Positions 29,814 to 40,213 of a DNA stretch of 64,000 nucleotides are shown here, piece after piece. This DNA is from Candidatus Sumerlaeaceae bacterium (GTDB lineage Bacteria > Sumerlaeota > Sumerlaeia > Sumerlaeales > Sumerlaeaceae). Position numbers and translations under genes: made by a program. Under the pieces are notes generated by a model. That model worked only from the letters and a program-made list of their open reading frames with translations. It made no database searches and was not told the DNA's origin. The stretch is taken from positions 107,572 through 171,571 of the forward strand of contig JBMFRB010000006.1 in NCBI GenBank assembly GCA_049968255.1, given 5' to 3'. How positions within the stretch are numbered: the first letter of the stretch is position 1; each line of letters begins with the position of its first letter.

Positions 29814-31550
29814 CTAGGTTGCGGACTCTGGTTGAGCGGCTTTGGTGCTCCCGCCTGCCATAAAGATTCCGAGATCCTTTTCTTGAAGATTGTGATTGGG
29901 GGCTTCGAAAACAATGCGGCCGCCGTAAATCACGAGCACGCGATCACTGAGCGCAAGGATTTCGCTGAGCTCGGCCGAAATCAGAAGGATGCCGACGCCA
30001 GCAGCACGCAGCTCGAGCAGCTTGTGGTGGATGAATTCTATGGCTCCGAGGTCAATCCCGCGGGTGGGATGCGCCGCGACGAGCAGGCTGGCGCCGCGCG
30101 TGAATTCTCGCGCCACGATGAGCTTCTGTTGATTGCCCCCACTGAGTTGATTGGCACGCAGACGAGGATTAGCAGGCCGGACATCAAAATCTTCGAGAAG
30201 CCGCTTGGCCGCTTCTTGATCGAATCGGTGCGCTTGTGACCAGTTGTGATGCCGACCCAGGAGGAGGTTCTCGCGCAAATCAAAATCGAGGATGAGGCCC
30301 TGGCGTTGACGGTCCCCGGGAATACACGCCATCCCGGCGGCGAACTTTTTGCGCGGTGACAGCACCGTAACATCACGTTGATTGATCAGGATCCGGCCTT
30401 CACTTGGCAGAGCAAGGCCGGTGAGGACTTCCAGAAGCTCCTTCTGGCCGTTGCCTTCGACACCAGCAATGCCAACGATTTCGCCCGCTTTCACTTCCAG
30501 AGAGATATCGGCAAGCAAGGGGCGGCCCCGTGCGCTGCGCCGCAAAGAAACGTGTTCGAGACGAAGCGGTGTGGGCAGATCTCGTGGCTTAGGCACAACT
30601 GCATTCAGCACTGGCTGCTCTTGTGACAAAGTTTCGGGGCCCGCGTCTGACTGCGGGGTCGCACGGGGCAGGCGCCCGCTACGCGCTTTTTCAATGTCGC
30701 GTGCCAGTGTTGGCAGAATGACGTCGCGCCCAACCATGAGACGCGCAATTTCCTCGGGTGTGGTGGATGCTGTTTCCAGTGTTGCGACGACTCGGCCGGC
30801 ACGCAGCACCGTCAGACGCTGGGATACGGCCATGACCTCGTGCAGCTTGTGAGTGATGATAATGAGCGTTTTCCCTGCGGCGGCGAGGGTGCGAATTGTG
30901 CTAAAGAGCGCCTCGACTTCCTGGGGAGTCAGCACAGCGGTGGGCTCGTCAAGAATCACGATTGAAGCATCGCGATAGAGGATTTTGAGTATTTCGACGC
31001 GCTGCTGTTCGCCGACGCTCAACGTCTCTACAACGGCGTTGGGATCGAGCGCCATATCGAAGCGACGAATGAGCTGAGCCACACGCGCCGCCGCTTCCGC
31101 CGGGATGTAAAGGCCCAAACGCACACGCTCGTCGCCGAGGATTACGTTCTCGGCAACGGTGAAGGGGGGGACAAGCATGAAGTGCTGATGGACCATTCCA
31201 ATGCCTGCTGCGATGGCGTCGGCTGGTGAACGGAACTCGACGGTGCGGCCGTGCACACGGATCTCGCCAGAATCCGGCCGATAAAGTCCGTAGAGAATCT
31301 TCATCAGGGTGGATTTGCCGGCACCGTTTTCGCCAACGAGGGCATGCACTTCCCCGCGGCGCACGCGGAACGTGACGCGATCGTTCGCCACCACGCGCGC
31401 AAAGGAGTGCGTGATGTCGAGCATCTCGACGGCCCATTGTGCATCAGGCTTGTCAGTCATTGTGCGATTAGCTGCCAAACTTGTGGCGACGATGCCAAGA
31501 AAAACGTCTCCGTTTTTTGAAATGCGGCTCTTTTCCATGGAGTTGCGCAT
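29814..31550 (-). CDS. ABC transporter ATP-binding protein with duplicated nucleotide-binding domains
   Basis: Two Walker A sites (GENGAGKST; a second NBD with LSGGNQQK signature). Typical of sugar/nucleoside-type ABC ATPases. N-terminal extension possible. Confidence 0.85.
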   Translation of the reverse strand: MRNSMEKSRISKNGDVFLGIVATSLAANRTMTDKPDAQWAVEMLDITHSFARVVANDRVTFRVRRGEVHALVGENGAGKSTLMKILYGLYRPDSGEIRVHGRTVEFRSPADAIAAGIGMVHQHFMLVPPFTVAENVILGDERVRLGLYIPAEAAARVAQLIRRFDMALDPNAVVETLSVGEQQRVEILKILYRDASIVILDEPTAVLTPQEVEALFSTIRTLAAAGKTLIIITHKLHEVMAVSQRLTVLRAGRVVATLETASTTPEEIARLMVGRDVILPTLARDIEKARSGRLPRATPQSDAGPETLSQEQPVLNAVVPKPRDLPTPLRLEHVSLRRSARGRPLLADISLEVKAGEIVGIAGVEGNGQKELLEVLTGLALPSEGRILINQRDVTVLSPRKKFAAGMACIPGDRQRQGLILDFDLRENLLLGRHHNWSQAHRFDQEAAKRLLEDFDVRPANPRLRANQLSGGNQQKLIVAREFTRGASLLVAAHPTRGIDLGAIEFIHHKLLELRAAGVGILLISAELSEILALSDRVLVIYGGRIVFEAPNHNLQEKDLGIFMAGGSTKAAQPESAT

Positions 31551-31597
31551 TCTCCGAATGTTATAAGCGACTTAGCAACTTCAAGGAGGGTGTAAAA

Positions 31598-32404
31598 GTG
31601 AAGGCGACCGATGTGAACTTCTTCGCTTGGTTGCTGAGCGGCCCTGTTGTGCCAGGGCTACTCATCATCGTGATTTATTTGGCGAAATGTATCAATGTGC
31701 TTAACGAGTACGAACGGGGCGTGGTGTTCCGCCTTGGGCGGTTGCTGCCGCAACCCAAGGGGCCGGGACTCGTGCTGATTTTTTGGCCAATCGATCGTAT
31801 GGTGCGAGTGAGTCTTCGGATTGTGACTTTAGATGTGCCGCCGCAAGACATCATCACACGTGATAATGTTTCGGTGCATGTCAACGCGGTGATCTACTTC
31901 CAGGTCATAGATCCGGCGAAGGCGATCATTTCGGTGGAAGATTATCTTTTTGCCACCTCGCAAATGGCGCAAACAACCCTGCGAAGCGTTCTCGGTCAGG
32001 TGGAATTAGATGACTTGCTTGCCGAAAGAGAAAAATTGAACATAGAACTTCAGGGGATCCTCGATCGGCAAACGGACGCATGGGGCGTGAAAGTGACTGC
32101 TGTCGAGATTAAGAAGGTGGACCTGCCTCAGGAAATGCAACGCGCAATGGCGCGGCAAGCGGAGGCGGAACGTGAGCGGCGTGCGAAAGTCATCAGCGCC
32201 GAAGGAGAATATCAAGCTGCGGAGAAACTGGTGGCCGCGGCCGATATGATGTCGGCCCATCCGATGGCCATGCAAATGCGCTACCTGCAAACGCTCGTGG
32301 AAATTAGCGCCGAGAAAAGCTCGACGATTGTCTTCCCATTCCCCATTGAGATGCTGCGCACGTTCGGATTGGAGAAGCCTAATCCACCAAAACAGCAGAG
32401 TTGA
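31598..32404 (+). CDS. SPFH/band 7 (stomatin-like) family protein
   Basis: [12 protein letters not shown]...[25 protein letters not shown] stomatin core and a C-terminal coiled-coil with [13 protein letters not shown]. Start set at GTG 31598 after an AAGGAGG RBS. Confidence 0.85.
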   Translation: MKATDVNFFAWLLSGPVVPGLLIIVIYLAKCINVLNEYERGVVFRLGRLLPQPKGPGLVLIFWPIDRMVRVSLRIVTLDVPPQDIITRDNVSVHVNAVIYFQVIDPAKAIISVEDYLFATSQMAQTTLRSVLGQVELDDLLAEREKLNIELQGILDRQTDAWGVKVTAVEIKKVDLPQEMQRAMARQAEAERERRAKVISAEGEYQAAEKLVAAADMMSAHPMAMQMRYLQTLVEISAEKSSTIVFPFPIEMLRTFGLEKPNPPKQQS

Positions 32405-32437
32405 CAGCGGATAATCGGTGCCACAACCGTCAGCCTT

Positions 32438-32953
32438 ATGACGATGGAAAAGGATTCGCCCTCGAAGGCTCGCGATGTTGTGGTGCGCCGGGCGATGCCC
32501 GCGGACGCGGCGACGATGTTGCGTCTCATTCGGGCACTTGCCGAGTACGAGAAACTCGATCCGCCGGACAAAGGGGCAGAAGAACGGCTTGTCAGGGATG
32601 CCTTTTGCGAGAAGCCACGATTCGAGGTGTGGCTGGCAGAGGTGGGTGCCCAAGCCGCAGGCTATGCTTTTATTCTCGAGACTTACTCGACATTTCTGGC
32701 ACGCCCCACACTCTACATCGAGGACATTTTCGTGTTGCCTGAGTATCGCGGTTCGGGGGTGGGGCACACGCTCTTTCGCAAATGCGTGGAGCTGGCCAAA
32801 GAACGAGGCTGCGGGCGTATCGAGTGGGTAACGCTCGATTGGAACGTGACAGCACAGAGCTTCTTTAAGCGTTATGGCGCCCAGCACCTTGCTGAGTGGT
32901 ACTTTTTCCGACTGACGGCGGACAAATTCGACGAGATCCTGAAACGCCCCTGA
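32438..32953 (+). CDS. GNAT family N-acetyltransferase
   Basis: GNAT motifs (VLPEYRGSGVGHTLFRKCVELAKERGCGRIEW). Confidence 0.8.
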   Translation: MTMEKDSPSKARDVVVRRAMPADAATMLRLIRALAEYEKLDPPDKGAEERLVRDAFCEKPRFEVWLAEVGAQAAGYAFILETYSTFLARPTLYIEDIFVLPEYRGSGVGHTLFRKCVELAKERGCGRIEWVTLDWNVTAQSFFKRYGAQHLAEWYFFRLTADKFDEILKRP

Positions 32954-32962
32954 GCGAGGAGC

Positions 32963-33169
32963 CTAGCAGCCCCCGCCAACGATCGTGATGATTTCAATGG
33001 CATCGCCGTCGTGGAGCGGTGTGCTTTCGTGCTCAGCACGGCGAATGACGTCGCCATTGAGCATGACCGCCACCTGATCGCGCTGGATGCCAAGCGCCTT
33101 GAGCAGCTCGATGATGTTCGAGACGTTGTCAAAGCTCTGAGTTTTTCCGTTTACTGTAAGAGAAATCAT
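32963..33169 (-). CDS. ThiS/MoaD family sulfur-carrier protein
   Basis: 68-aa beta-grasp-like MISLTVNGK...LNGDVI...DGDAIEIITIVGGG, with GG close to the C-terminus. Start set at ATG 33169 after a GGAGAG RBS. Confidence 0.6.
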   Translation of the reverse strand: MISLTVNGKTQSFDNVSNIIELLKALGIQRDQVAVMLNGDVIRRAEHESTPLHDGDAIEIITIVGGGC

Positions 33170-33484
33170 GTTGCTCTCCGCGGTCATTTCGGTGTCAATA
33201 GTATCGGTTGCGCCGAAGGTGCATTCACTCCTGAAGGAATCGGCTGCCCCGCTCTCAAGGGTTTTGTGACTTTTTATTGACAATGAGTGTTCGGGCCGTT
33301 AGCAACAATCCGACAATTCAGGAATTTTAGGAATTCTAGCGGTTATTTTTGCGATCACGATAAGAAGAGAACGGATCCAGAAACGCAGAGGCGGCTGGAT
33401 AGGCTGATGCGAGAACCGATGCTGATCGGGCCGGCGGTAGGCTCAGCCGGTGGAAAATGTGGACTGCGGAGGTAGTGGCTGCGA

Positions 33485-34594
33485 ATGATCCGGAGATTTT
33501 CGATCAAGCAAGTGGCCGAACGGACGGGTCTGGAAGAAGCCGAAATTCGGTACTATGAGAATGCTTTCAAAGAATTTCTCACCTTTACTGAGATGGGCCT
33601 CGACAAGAACGATTTTACCGAGGACCACATTGCAATTCTGACCCGCATCAAGGAGCTCATCTACAAGCGCGGATTCACGATCGAGGAGGTTAAACGGGAA
33701 CTCAAAACCACGCTTAACGATATTCGTGCGAAAATCCCCGTGCCAGTACGAGGAAGTAATTATGCGCGGGTCATTGCGGTCACCAGCGGAAAAGGAGGGG
33801 TCGGAAAAACAAGCATCGTGGTGAACCTTGCGGTGACCATTGCTCAGACGGGGCGAAAGGTTGCAATTTTTGACGCGGATCTTGGCCTAGCCAACGTTCA
33901 CATCCTCATGGGGATCAAACCACGATTCAATCTTGCGCACCTAATCCAGAATGATTTTCCGCTCGAAGACATTATCACGCGAGGGCCATTGGGAATTCAG
34001 ATTATCAGTGGCGGGCAGGGTATTCGCGAGCTGGCGAATTTGACCGATGAACAGAGACGCGTCCTGCTGCGTCAACTCGATAAGCTCGAACAGGAGGTTG
34101 ACGTGCTGCTGGTGGATACGGGCGCCGGCATCAGCGAAAACGTGTTGCGATTCGCGGCTTTTGCAGACGAGATCATCGCGGTGACGACCCCCAACATCGC
34201 AGCAAATGCTGATTGTTTCTCCATCATCAAGATACTGCTGGAGATGGAGCCGAACTCGAAAATCGGTTTGCTGACCAACATGGCAAGCGATTGCTATGAA
34301 GCCAAAAATGTTTTCAACAAGCTGCAGGCAGCAATGCGCAAGGTCCTCAATTATGAGCTGAACGATCTGGGATATCTCGTGACGAGCGAGCAGATGCGCG
34401 TGGCGACCGAGCAGCGTCGGCCAGTCGTCTTTGCCTATCCACATTCGGAAATCACGCACAATTTCCGCGCGATCGTGGACACAATTTTCAATACGCGTGT
34501 GTTTGTGAACGAACGTAAGGAATCGAGTTTTGCGGACCTGATGGGTGCTTTGAAACGCAGCATGACTAGCTCGCGGTCAGCGGTGGCTATCTGA
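33485..34594 (+). CDS. MerR-type HTH domain fused to MinD/ParA-family P-loop ATPase
   Basis: N-terminus IKQVAERTGLEEAEIRYYEN (MerR HTH). Then deviant Walker A VTSGKGGVGKTS and a DADLGLAN MinD/FlhG-like core. Confidence 0.75.
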   Translation: MIRRFSIKQVAERTGLEEAEIRYYENAFKEFLTFTEMGLDKNDFTEDHIAILTRIKELIYKRGFTIEEVKRELKTTLNDIRAKIPVPVRGSNYARVIAVTSGKGGVGKTSIVVNLAVTIAQTGRKVAIFDADLGLANVHILMGIKPRFNLAHLIQNDFPLEDIITRGPLGIQIISGGQGIRELANLTDEQRRVLLRQLDKLEQEVDVLLVDTGAGISENVLRFAAFADEIIAVTTPNIAANADCFSIIKILLEMEPNSKIGLLTNMASDCYEAKNVFNKLQAAMRKVLNYELNDLGYLVTSEQMRVATEQRRPVVFAYPHSEITHNFRAIVDTIFNTRVFVNERKESSFADLMGALKRSMTSSRSAVAI

Positions 34595-34626
34595 AAATGA
34601 TGACGCATCAAAAAGGAGAAGCCGGA

Positions 34627-34749
34627 ATGATTTACCGAACTATGACGACATCGGAACGTTGGATTGCACGGCTCATCGTGGGAACAGCGGGGATTTGCTC
34701 GCTGCTCGTGGCCGTGTACGTTTCTTTGACAGACATTGTCCACGTCTGA
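34627..34749 (+). CDS. predicted 40-aa single-TM microprotein
   Basis: ORF MIYRTMTTSERWIARLIVGTAGICSLLVAVYVSLTDIVHV, not in the supplied track. Preceded by AAAAGGAGAA 6 nt upstream. Sits between the MinD-like and AAA genes. Confidence 0.4.
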   Translation: MIYRTMTTSERWIARLIVGTAGICSLLVAVYVSLTDIVHV

Positions 34750-34886
34750 GGCTGGCCCGCGGCAACAGGATAAGGCCACCCTTCGCGGATGCCTGCTGAG
34801 TGAAGGCCATTCTCGGCAGGCATCCGCTGAAAACAAGCACCAGGCGTCTTGGGCGAGGAGCGGGATCAAAGCGGGAGCACGCAGAA

Positions 34887-35768
34887 ATGAGCGAAAGCTA
34901 CAATATCGTTGATTTAGTGGACCATGGGGCGAGCAGCGGAGCTGTGCAGTTCGAGGAAAGAACGGCCTATGTGCTGCGCCACTTCCATTTCCATGAGCAC
35001 CCGTTCGGCGATAACGTGAATCCGAAGTTTTTCTTTCGCACGGAAGCGCACGAGGACGCCTATATCAAAATGAAGCGCTGTATCGAGGACCACGTGGCCG
35101 TGGGCTTGACAACAGCGCTTAGCGGGACGGGCAAAACGCTGCTCACACAAATTCTTATTTCGGAGCTAAATCCAGCTCAGTATGAGACGATACTTGTCCT
35201 GGCCTATCCGGGGATGACGCGTTCGGGTTTGCTGCGCGAAGTGGCCACAGAGCTGGGGCTCGAGGCCTTGCCGGCACGGGCTCCCTTTCATCAACTGATG
35301 AGCGCTGTTCAGGAGCGCATTATGGCGCTGTATGCGGCCGGCAAGCAACTCGTCATCACGGTGGATGAGTGCCATTTCCTCGGACTGGATGCTTTGCAGG
35401 TCATTCGGACGTTATCGAATATGGAAGTGCCGGAGCGCAAGCTGGTCACACTTCTGCTTTTTGGCGAGGAATTTTTCCAACAGAAGCTAGCGCGGCCGGA
35501 GTTTGCCTCGATCGCAAATCGGATGTTTATTCGTGCACGGTTGCGGCCACTCACAGCTGAAGAAACGGAGCAATACGTAAAATTCCGCTGTCTTGTGAGT
35601 GGCGGGCGCCCAGCGGTCTTTGCGTCAGACGTCTATCCGCTGCTTCACGAGCTGTCGGCTGGAATCCCCCGCGACATCAATCGGCTCTGCCATACAGCGC
35701 TTTTCGAGGCAGCGCGGCGGGGGAAAGCGGTCGTGGATCGCCAGCTTTTAGCCGAAAATGTCAGTTGA
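34887..35768 (+). CDS. ExeA/GspA-like AAA ATPase (AAA_22-type)
   Basis: Walker A LSGTGKT and Walker B VITVDECH, with ExeA-like layout. Start at ATG 34887 after GGGAG. No TM or peptidoglycan-binding domain. Confidence 0.65.
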   Translation: MSESYNIVDLVDHGASSGAVQFEERTAYVLRHFHFHEHPFGDNVNPKFFFRTEAHEDAYIKMKRCIEDHVAVGLTTALSGTGKTLLTQILISELNPAQYETILVLAYPGMTRSGLLREVATELGLEALPARAPFHQLMSAVQERIMALYAAGKQLVITVDECHFLGLDALQVIRTLSNMEVPERKLVTLLLFGEEFFQQKLARPEFASIANRMFIRARLRPLTAEETEQYVKFRCLVSGGRPAVFASDVYPLLHELSAGIPRDINRLCHTALFEAARRGKAVVDRQLLAENVS

Positions 35769-35888
35769 CCGAAAAGCGGCCAGTGCACGTGGGGCATAAG
35801 CCGTCGCATGAATTTTCCGTGACAGCGCAGCGGCAAGTGAGTTGTGCTTGCGTGTAGGTTTTGAGCCGCCACACTGACTCGCACTAAC

Positions 35889-37535
35889 GTGGAAAATCAG
35901 AGAAACACCGCGATTGTGAGCACGAACGGAACGGGATCTTCCGTTGATGTGTTTGCGCCACCGAATCGAAGGATTGGGCGTGAGACTCTGCTGCTTATTC
36001 TGCTTTGCTTGGCTGTTTCAGCTCTTTTGCGGTTTGTGGCGCTCGGGCGCCGTGACCTGTACGGCGATGAGTATTTTGGGCTCGACTACATCACGGCCCA
36101 GCGGCCAAACCTCTTGGATGAGATTTTCCGTGGGCATCTGCCGCTGTTTTACGAGCTTCTCCGAGCCTGGGGCAAGCTTGTGGGCACCGCGAGCGATGCC
36201 CTGCTGCGGGTACCGTCTGCGGTGTTTGCCTTCGGCGCATGCGTTGCATTTGTCGTTTTTGCATTCCGTTTTTTGCGGGGCTTGGCGTTCGTTCTCTGCC
36301 TTGTTGGCTTTGCTTTGAACCCCGCACTGGTGCACTCGGCTCACGATGTGTCGAGTTACGCTCTTTTGAGCCTGTTTGTGGTTGGTTCACATTATTACGC
36401 GATTCGTGCTCTGGATGAAAACGAGAAACGCTATTGGGTAGGGTGGGCTATCACGAGTGCTTTGGGGGCACTCACTCATCCATTCTTCTGGTTTGTTATG
36501 TTGGGACAATTCTTTTTTGCTCTGATGCGGCCCAAAAAGACCCCGCGGAGTTTCGTCATTGTGGCTGCAGCAGGCACTCTCGCGATCATTGCTTTAATGC
36601 TTATCGGTGTCGTGTACGCGAAGAAGCATTTTTCGGGATTTGATATTGATGCGCCATCGGTGGCGGATCTTTCGAGGGGGTTAGTGTCGGCCACACTGGG
36701 TGATTTCGCGCGCTACCAGTATGGCGGTCGGCTTTTTGTGCGCGCGATTCTTTACCTATTTGTTCTTGTGGCTCTGATCCTTAGCTGGGTTTATTATCGA
36801 GTGCGCCAGGCGGAGGCTGAGGCTCTGCCAGAGCACGTGATGTGGGTGGACGAAACGCAAGATGTGCTCGGGCACTGGACACGATTGAGTCTGGCATCGT
36901 TTCTTCTTTATCAGTGGGTCACATTTCTTGTGCCAGCCATCGCCATTATGCTAGTGGGCGGCTTCGCTTCGGGACACCTGTTACACGCAGCCTATTTTAT
37001 TGTGAGCCTTCCACCGCTGTTGGTGCTTATCGCCTGTGGCATAGATGCGGCCCCAGGCAGGCCGGGCACGATCGTGATGGGGCTGCTATTTGTGCTGGCC
37101 ATGACGTTCTACAATTTCCTGGGGCTGAGCGACCCAGGCTATGGCCTCAAGGAGGCTGTTCGACGGATTCGCAAAGCGGACTATGCCGCGCAGCAAGATG
37201 CTTTCCTTGTCGTGAGTCCTGGTGGCCTGGAGCGAGGTTTGGCACGCTACATGGAGGGACTGGCCTTCTCTGAGTTACGCCCACCGTCCAATCCTGAACT
37301 GTGTGATAAGGTGCTCCAGGAAAAAACTAACGGAAAAGAACGGGCGTTCGTGCTCTATCACGACGACTTCCGTCGCATCGGGAAATCTGACCGATCGCTC
37401 GTGAGGGAATGGTTCGGCATTCGAAAAGACAAGTGGGACACGAACAGCAAATGGACGCTCAGTGAAGCTGAGAAGACGGAGCTACGCCTGTACGTCCGAA
37501 TAGATCCCACGAAGACGCCGCCGCGCATTGATTGA
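35889..37535 (+). CDS. GT-C fold membrane glycosyltransferase-like protein (ArnT/PMT_2-like)
   Basis: 548 aa. N-terminal TM followed by a DE-containing loop (RRDLYGDEYFGLDY) as in the ArnT/PMT family, then about 10 more TM helices and a C-terminal soluble tail. GTG start. Confidence 0.45.
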   Translation: MENQRNTAIVSTNGTGSSVDVFAPPNRRIGRETLLLILLCLAVSALLRFVALGRRDLYGDEYFGLDYITAQRPNLLDEIFRGHLPLFYELLRAWGKLVGTASDALLRVPSAVFAFGACVAFVVFAFRFLRGLAFVLCLVGFALNPALVHSAHDVSSYALLSLFVVGSHYYAIRALDENEKRYWVGWAITSALGALTHPFFWFVMLGQFFFALMRPKKTPRSFVIVAAAGTLAIIALMLIGVVYAKKHFSGFDIDAPSVADLSRGLVSATLGDFARYQYGGRLFVRAILYLFVLVALILSWVYYRVRQAEAEALPEHVMWVDETQDVLGHWTRLSLASFLLYQWVTFLVPAIAIMLVGGFASGHLLHAAYFIVSLPPLLVLIACGIDAAPGRPGTIVMGLLFVLAMTFYNFLGLSDPGYGLKEAVRRIRKADYAAQQDAFLVVSPGGLERGLARYMEGLAFSELRPPSNPELCDKVLQEKTNGKERAFVLYHDDFRRIGKSDRSLVREWFGIRKDKWDTNSKWTLSEAEKTELRLYVRIDPTKTPPRID

Positions 37536-37568
37536 TACGCTGTCGGCAAACGGTGCTGGAGTGGTAAC

Positions 37569-38549
37569 ATGTTACGATTACGGTGCATAGCCCGCCTTTG
37601 TTTTCTCCCCATCAGTGTGATGTTGCTCCATGCTGCTGCATGCGAAGCGGCCACGACTTCGCCACTGAGTTCTTTTCTCGTGCCATGGGGTGACAGGCCA
37701 GAGCAGCTTGGCCTGATCACCGGCAAAGAGGTTGAGAATGTAGGGCCGCTGACTTTTGCTCTTTCGCCTCAGGGCGAACTTTATGTCGCGGACACGGTCC
37801 ATCGACAGATCAAGCGATGGCAGCCTGATGGATCGTTTGACGGAGTCGTCATGGAACAAGTTCGTCCCACGGCAATGCGCTTTGATAGTCGGGGGCTGCT
37901 GCTTCTCCTCATTGGCCATAGAGTGGAGATCTGCTCGTCGACAGGTCAGCACATTGGCGACCTCCTCGTGCCGGAAAACGTCCCCCTGGTTGAAGGATAT
38001 GGCCAGGATGTGTGGGCGGAAAATGGGCTCATTTGTGTGAATGATCCTGACGAGAACGTCTACTGCTTCGATCCGGAAAAGGATTTAGCACCAACGACCG
38101 CTCCCTTGATTTTGGCCGGGAGGCCTGCAGGTGAAGGGAAGCGAATCCTGGTTTGCCGCAACGCGCAAGGCATTCAGGCTCGGCGGCTTATGGCCGCCAA
38201 GGCCAGAATGCTGGCGCAGGAAGCTGCAATTCGGGGTGCTGGCGAAATCGTGATGAGTGCCCATGTCGCGCAACGCTACAGCGGAGCGCACATGGGTGCA
38301 GTTCTCTTTCGGGGGTTTTTGAAACGCGATGATGCCTTCGTTTTCGAGACCGAGGAGATCGTGGGGCGTGATGTGCATCTCGTGATGAAAGCGTTACGCA
38401 ATGGCAAGATCACGAGCTCGCTCGACTTGCCTAATCGCTACTTTACAACGGTTTACAAAAAGATCGCCCTGGCACCGGACGAGAGCGTTTGGCAAATGTT
38501 GCCCAGTGCTGACGGTGTGAAATTTCTGCGCTGGGAGGTGGGCCAATGA
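37569..38549 (+). CDS. secreted hypothetical protein
   Basis: Signal peptide (CFLPISVMLLHAAACEA). 326 aa. Overlaps the next gene by 4 nt. Confidence 0.5.
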   Translation: MLRLRCIARLCFLPISVMLLHAAACEAATTSPLSSFLVPWGDRPEQLGLITGKEVENVGPLTFALSPQGELYVADTVHRQIKRWQPDGSFDGVVMEQVRPTAMRFDSRGLLLLLIGHRVEICSSTGQHIGDLLVPENVPLVEGYGQDVWAENGLICVNDPDENVYCFDPEKDLAPTTAPLILAGRPAGEGKRILVCRNAQGIQARRLMAAKARMLAQEAAIRGAGEIVMSAHVAQRYSGAHMGAVLFRGFLKRDDAFVFETEEIVGRDVHLVMKALRNGKITSSLDLPNRYFTTVYKKIALAPDESVWQMLPSADGVKFLRWEVGQ

Positions 38550-40156
38550 GAGGGCGCGGAGAACTGCTGGCGGGAGTGTTCGCAGCGCTCGGAGTTCAAC
38601 AAGTTTTGGCCGTCCCCGACACGATGGCTCGCGATCAAATTATTGAGATCGCTTATGAAGCTCAACTTTTGAAATGGTACTGCGAGACTTACAACATCTA
38701 CTCGGGCGTGGCAAACGCCACGTGCCCATACTCAGCTCCAGGTTGGCAGCAGGGGATTTCGTATAAATGGGGTGGGACCGACACACGCGACAGCTTCTGG
38801 AAAAACGTGGTCACAAACCACGGCTGGGCCGGCGACACAAACAGTGCGGCAATCGTCAGTGGAACTTATGGCGACGATTGCTCGGGCTACGCGTCGAATT
38901 GCTTGCGCTCGGGGCGCTACACGACAAGCTCGTTCCCGAGCATCTGCACGCAGGTGACCTACACGAGCATCGCACCGGGCGATCTTATGAACAACGCCGG
39001 CTCGCACGTGAGAATCTTCGAGAAGTACACGGGCACGAATCTCACAATGTTGCTCGAATGTACGACAGGTGTTTCGCCCGGACGCGTGACGCGGCGAGTG
39101 CTTGCGACGGATTCGAACTACGTGCCGCTGCGCTATAATTACGTCGTGGCATGGCCCTCTTTGACGAAGGTGGTGGCGGGCAGCGGTGGGAGCGCAACAG
39201 TCGAATTCCTTGGGGCAGCAACAACCGGTTTCCGCGTTTACACATCAACGGATGCCGCCACATGGAGCTTGGCGGCGAACGAGACGTTGCTGGGCCCGCA
39301 AAGCCAGCAGTGCACATTGAGCGGTCTCCAGCCGGGCACGACGTACTTTGTTCGGGTGACGGCAGTGAACGGCTCGACCGAGACCTCGCCTTCCCCGGTG
39401 TTGGCTATGCGAATTGCGCCAGCTGCGAAAAAAATTCTGCTCGTGAATGGTTACGATCGTTGGACCCGCAAGACCGAGTCGGGCGGCAATGCACACACAT
39501 TTCTTGTTCGAGACGCCAAACCGCTGGCTACGCTCGGCTTTGCCTTCGACAGTGTTGACAACCTTCGCGTACTAGACCGCAGCATGTCGCTCAGTTCGTA
39601 CGATGCCGTGTGGTGGTTGCTTGGTGACGAGTCGAGCACCGATGATGCGCTGAGTTATCAGGAGCAACTGGCCCTGCAGGATTATCTCGAGGCAGGGGGC
39701 AATTTGTTCATTTCTGGGTCGGAACTTTTGTATGACCTTGTGGCAAAAGCGAATACGATCAACGATCTCGCCTTCGTCCAGAATTACCTGAAATGTGGTT
39801 ATGCGAGCGATGGAACGGCTGGCAACGGCTATGCTTTTACGGGCGTGGCTGGCTCGGTTTTTCAGGGGCTTGCTGGCAGCTTTGACAACGGAAGCAGCGG
39901 CACGTTCAACGTGTACTATCCCGACGTACTAACGCCGCAAGGGGCCTCCGTGGCGGTACTGCAATATGCGACCGGCGGCACAGCAGGGATCCAATACACG
40001 GGGACTGTCGGCAATGGGAGCAAGTCGGCAAAAATCTGTTTAGCTGGATTTCCGTTTGAGACGATTACGAGTGAAAGCGTTCGCTTCGAGTTTGCGAGAC
40101 GTGTAGCCAATTTCTTCTTTGCTCCGACAGAAGTCGGGAATTGGAAAGTTTATTGA
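38546..40156 (+). CDS. secreted NlpC/P60-like domain protein with fibronectin type III domain
   Basis: YKWGG...DCSGY...GDL....SHVRIF is the Cys/His arrangement of NlpC/P60-CHAP. It is followed by an FN3-like segment (TGFRVYTS...LQPGTTYFVRVTAVN) and a roughly 250-aa C-terminal domain. Confidence 0.65.
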   Translation: MRGRGELLAGVFAALGVQQVLAVPDTMARDQIIEIAYEAQLLKWYCETYNIYSGVANATCPYSAPGWQQGISYKWGGTDTRDSFWKNVVTNHGWAGDTNSAAIVSGTYGDDCSGYASNCLRSGRYTTSSFPSICTQVTYTSIAPGDLMNNAGSHVRIFEKYTGTNLTMLLECTTGVSPGRVTRRVLATDSNYVPLRYNYVVAWPSLTKVVAGSGGSATVEFLGAATTGFRVYTSTDAATWSLAANETLLGPQSQQCTLSGLQPGTTYFVRVTAVNGSTETSPSPVLAMRIAPAAKKILLVNGYDRWTRKTESGGNAHTFLVRDAKPLATLGFAFDSVDNLRVLDRSMSLSSYDAVWWLLGDESSTDDALSYQEQLALQDYLEAGGNLFISGSELLYDLVAKANTINDLAFVQNYLKCGYASDGTAGNGYAFTGVAGSVFQGLAGSFDNGSSGTFNVYYPDVLTPQGASVAVLQYATGGTAGIQYTGTVGNGSKSAKICLAGFPFETITSESVRFEFARRVANFFFAPTEVGNWKVY

Positions 40157-40213
40157 GAGAGGTTTCTGGTGCACTCCTAGTGTGGTGCCTTCGCAGGAGA
40201 GACGACGCTGGAA

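Noticed and set aside
33385-33445. TPP-riboswitch-like string (GAACCGAUGCUGAUCGGGCCGGCGGUAGG) near a ThiS-like gene
   Set aside because: Matches only the CUGAUC...GCG.AGG part of the thi-box. It lacks the UAAU and CUGAGA elements. It is on the plus strand upstream of the MerR-MinD gene rather than upstream of the minus-strand ThiS-like gene. Not convincing without a covariance-model scan.
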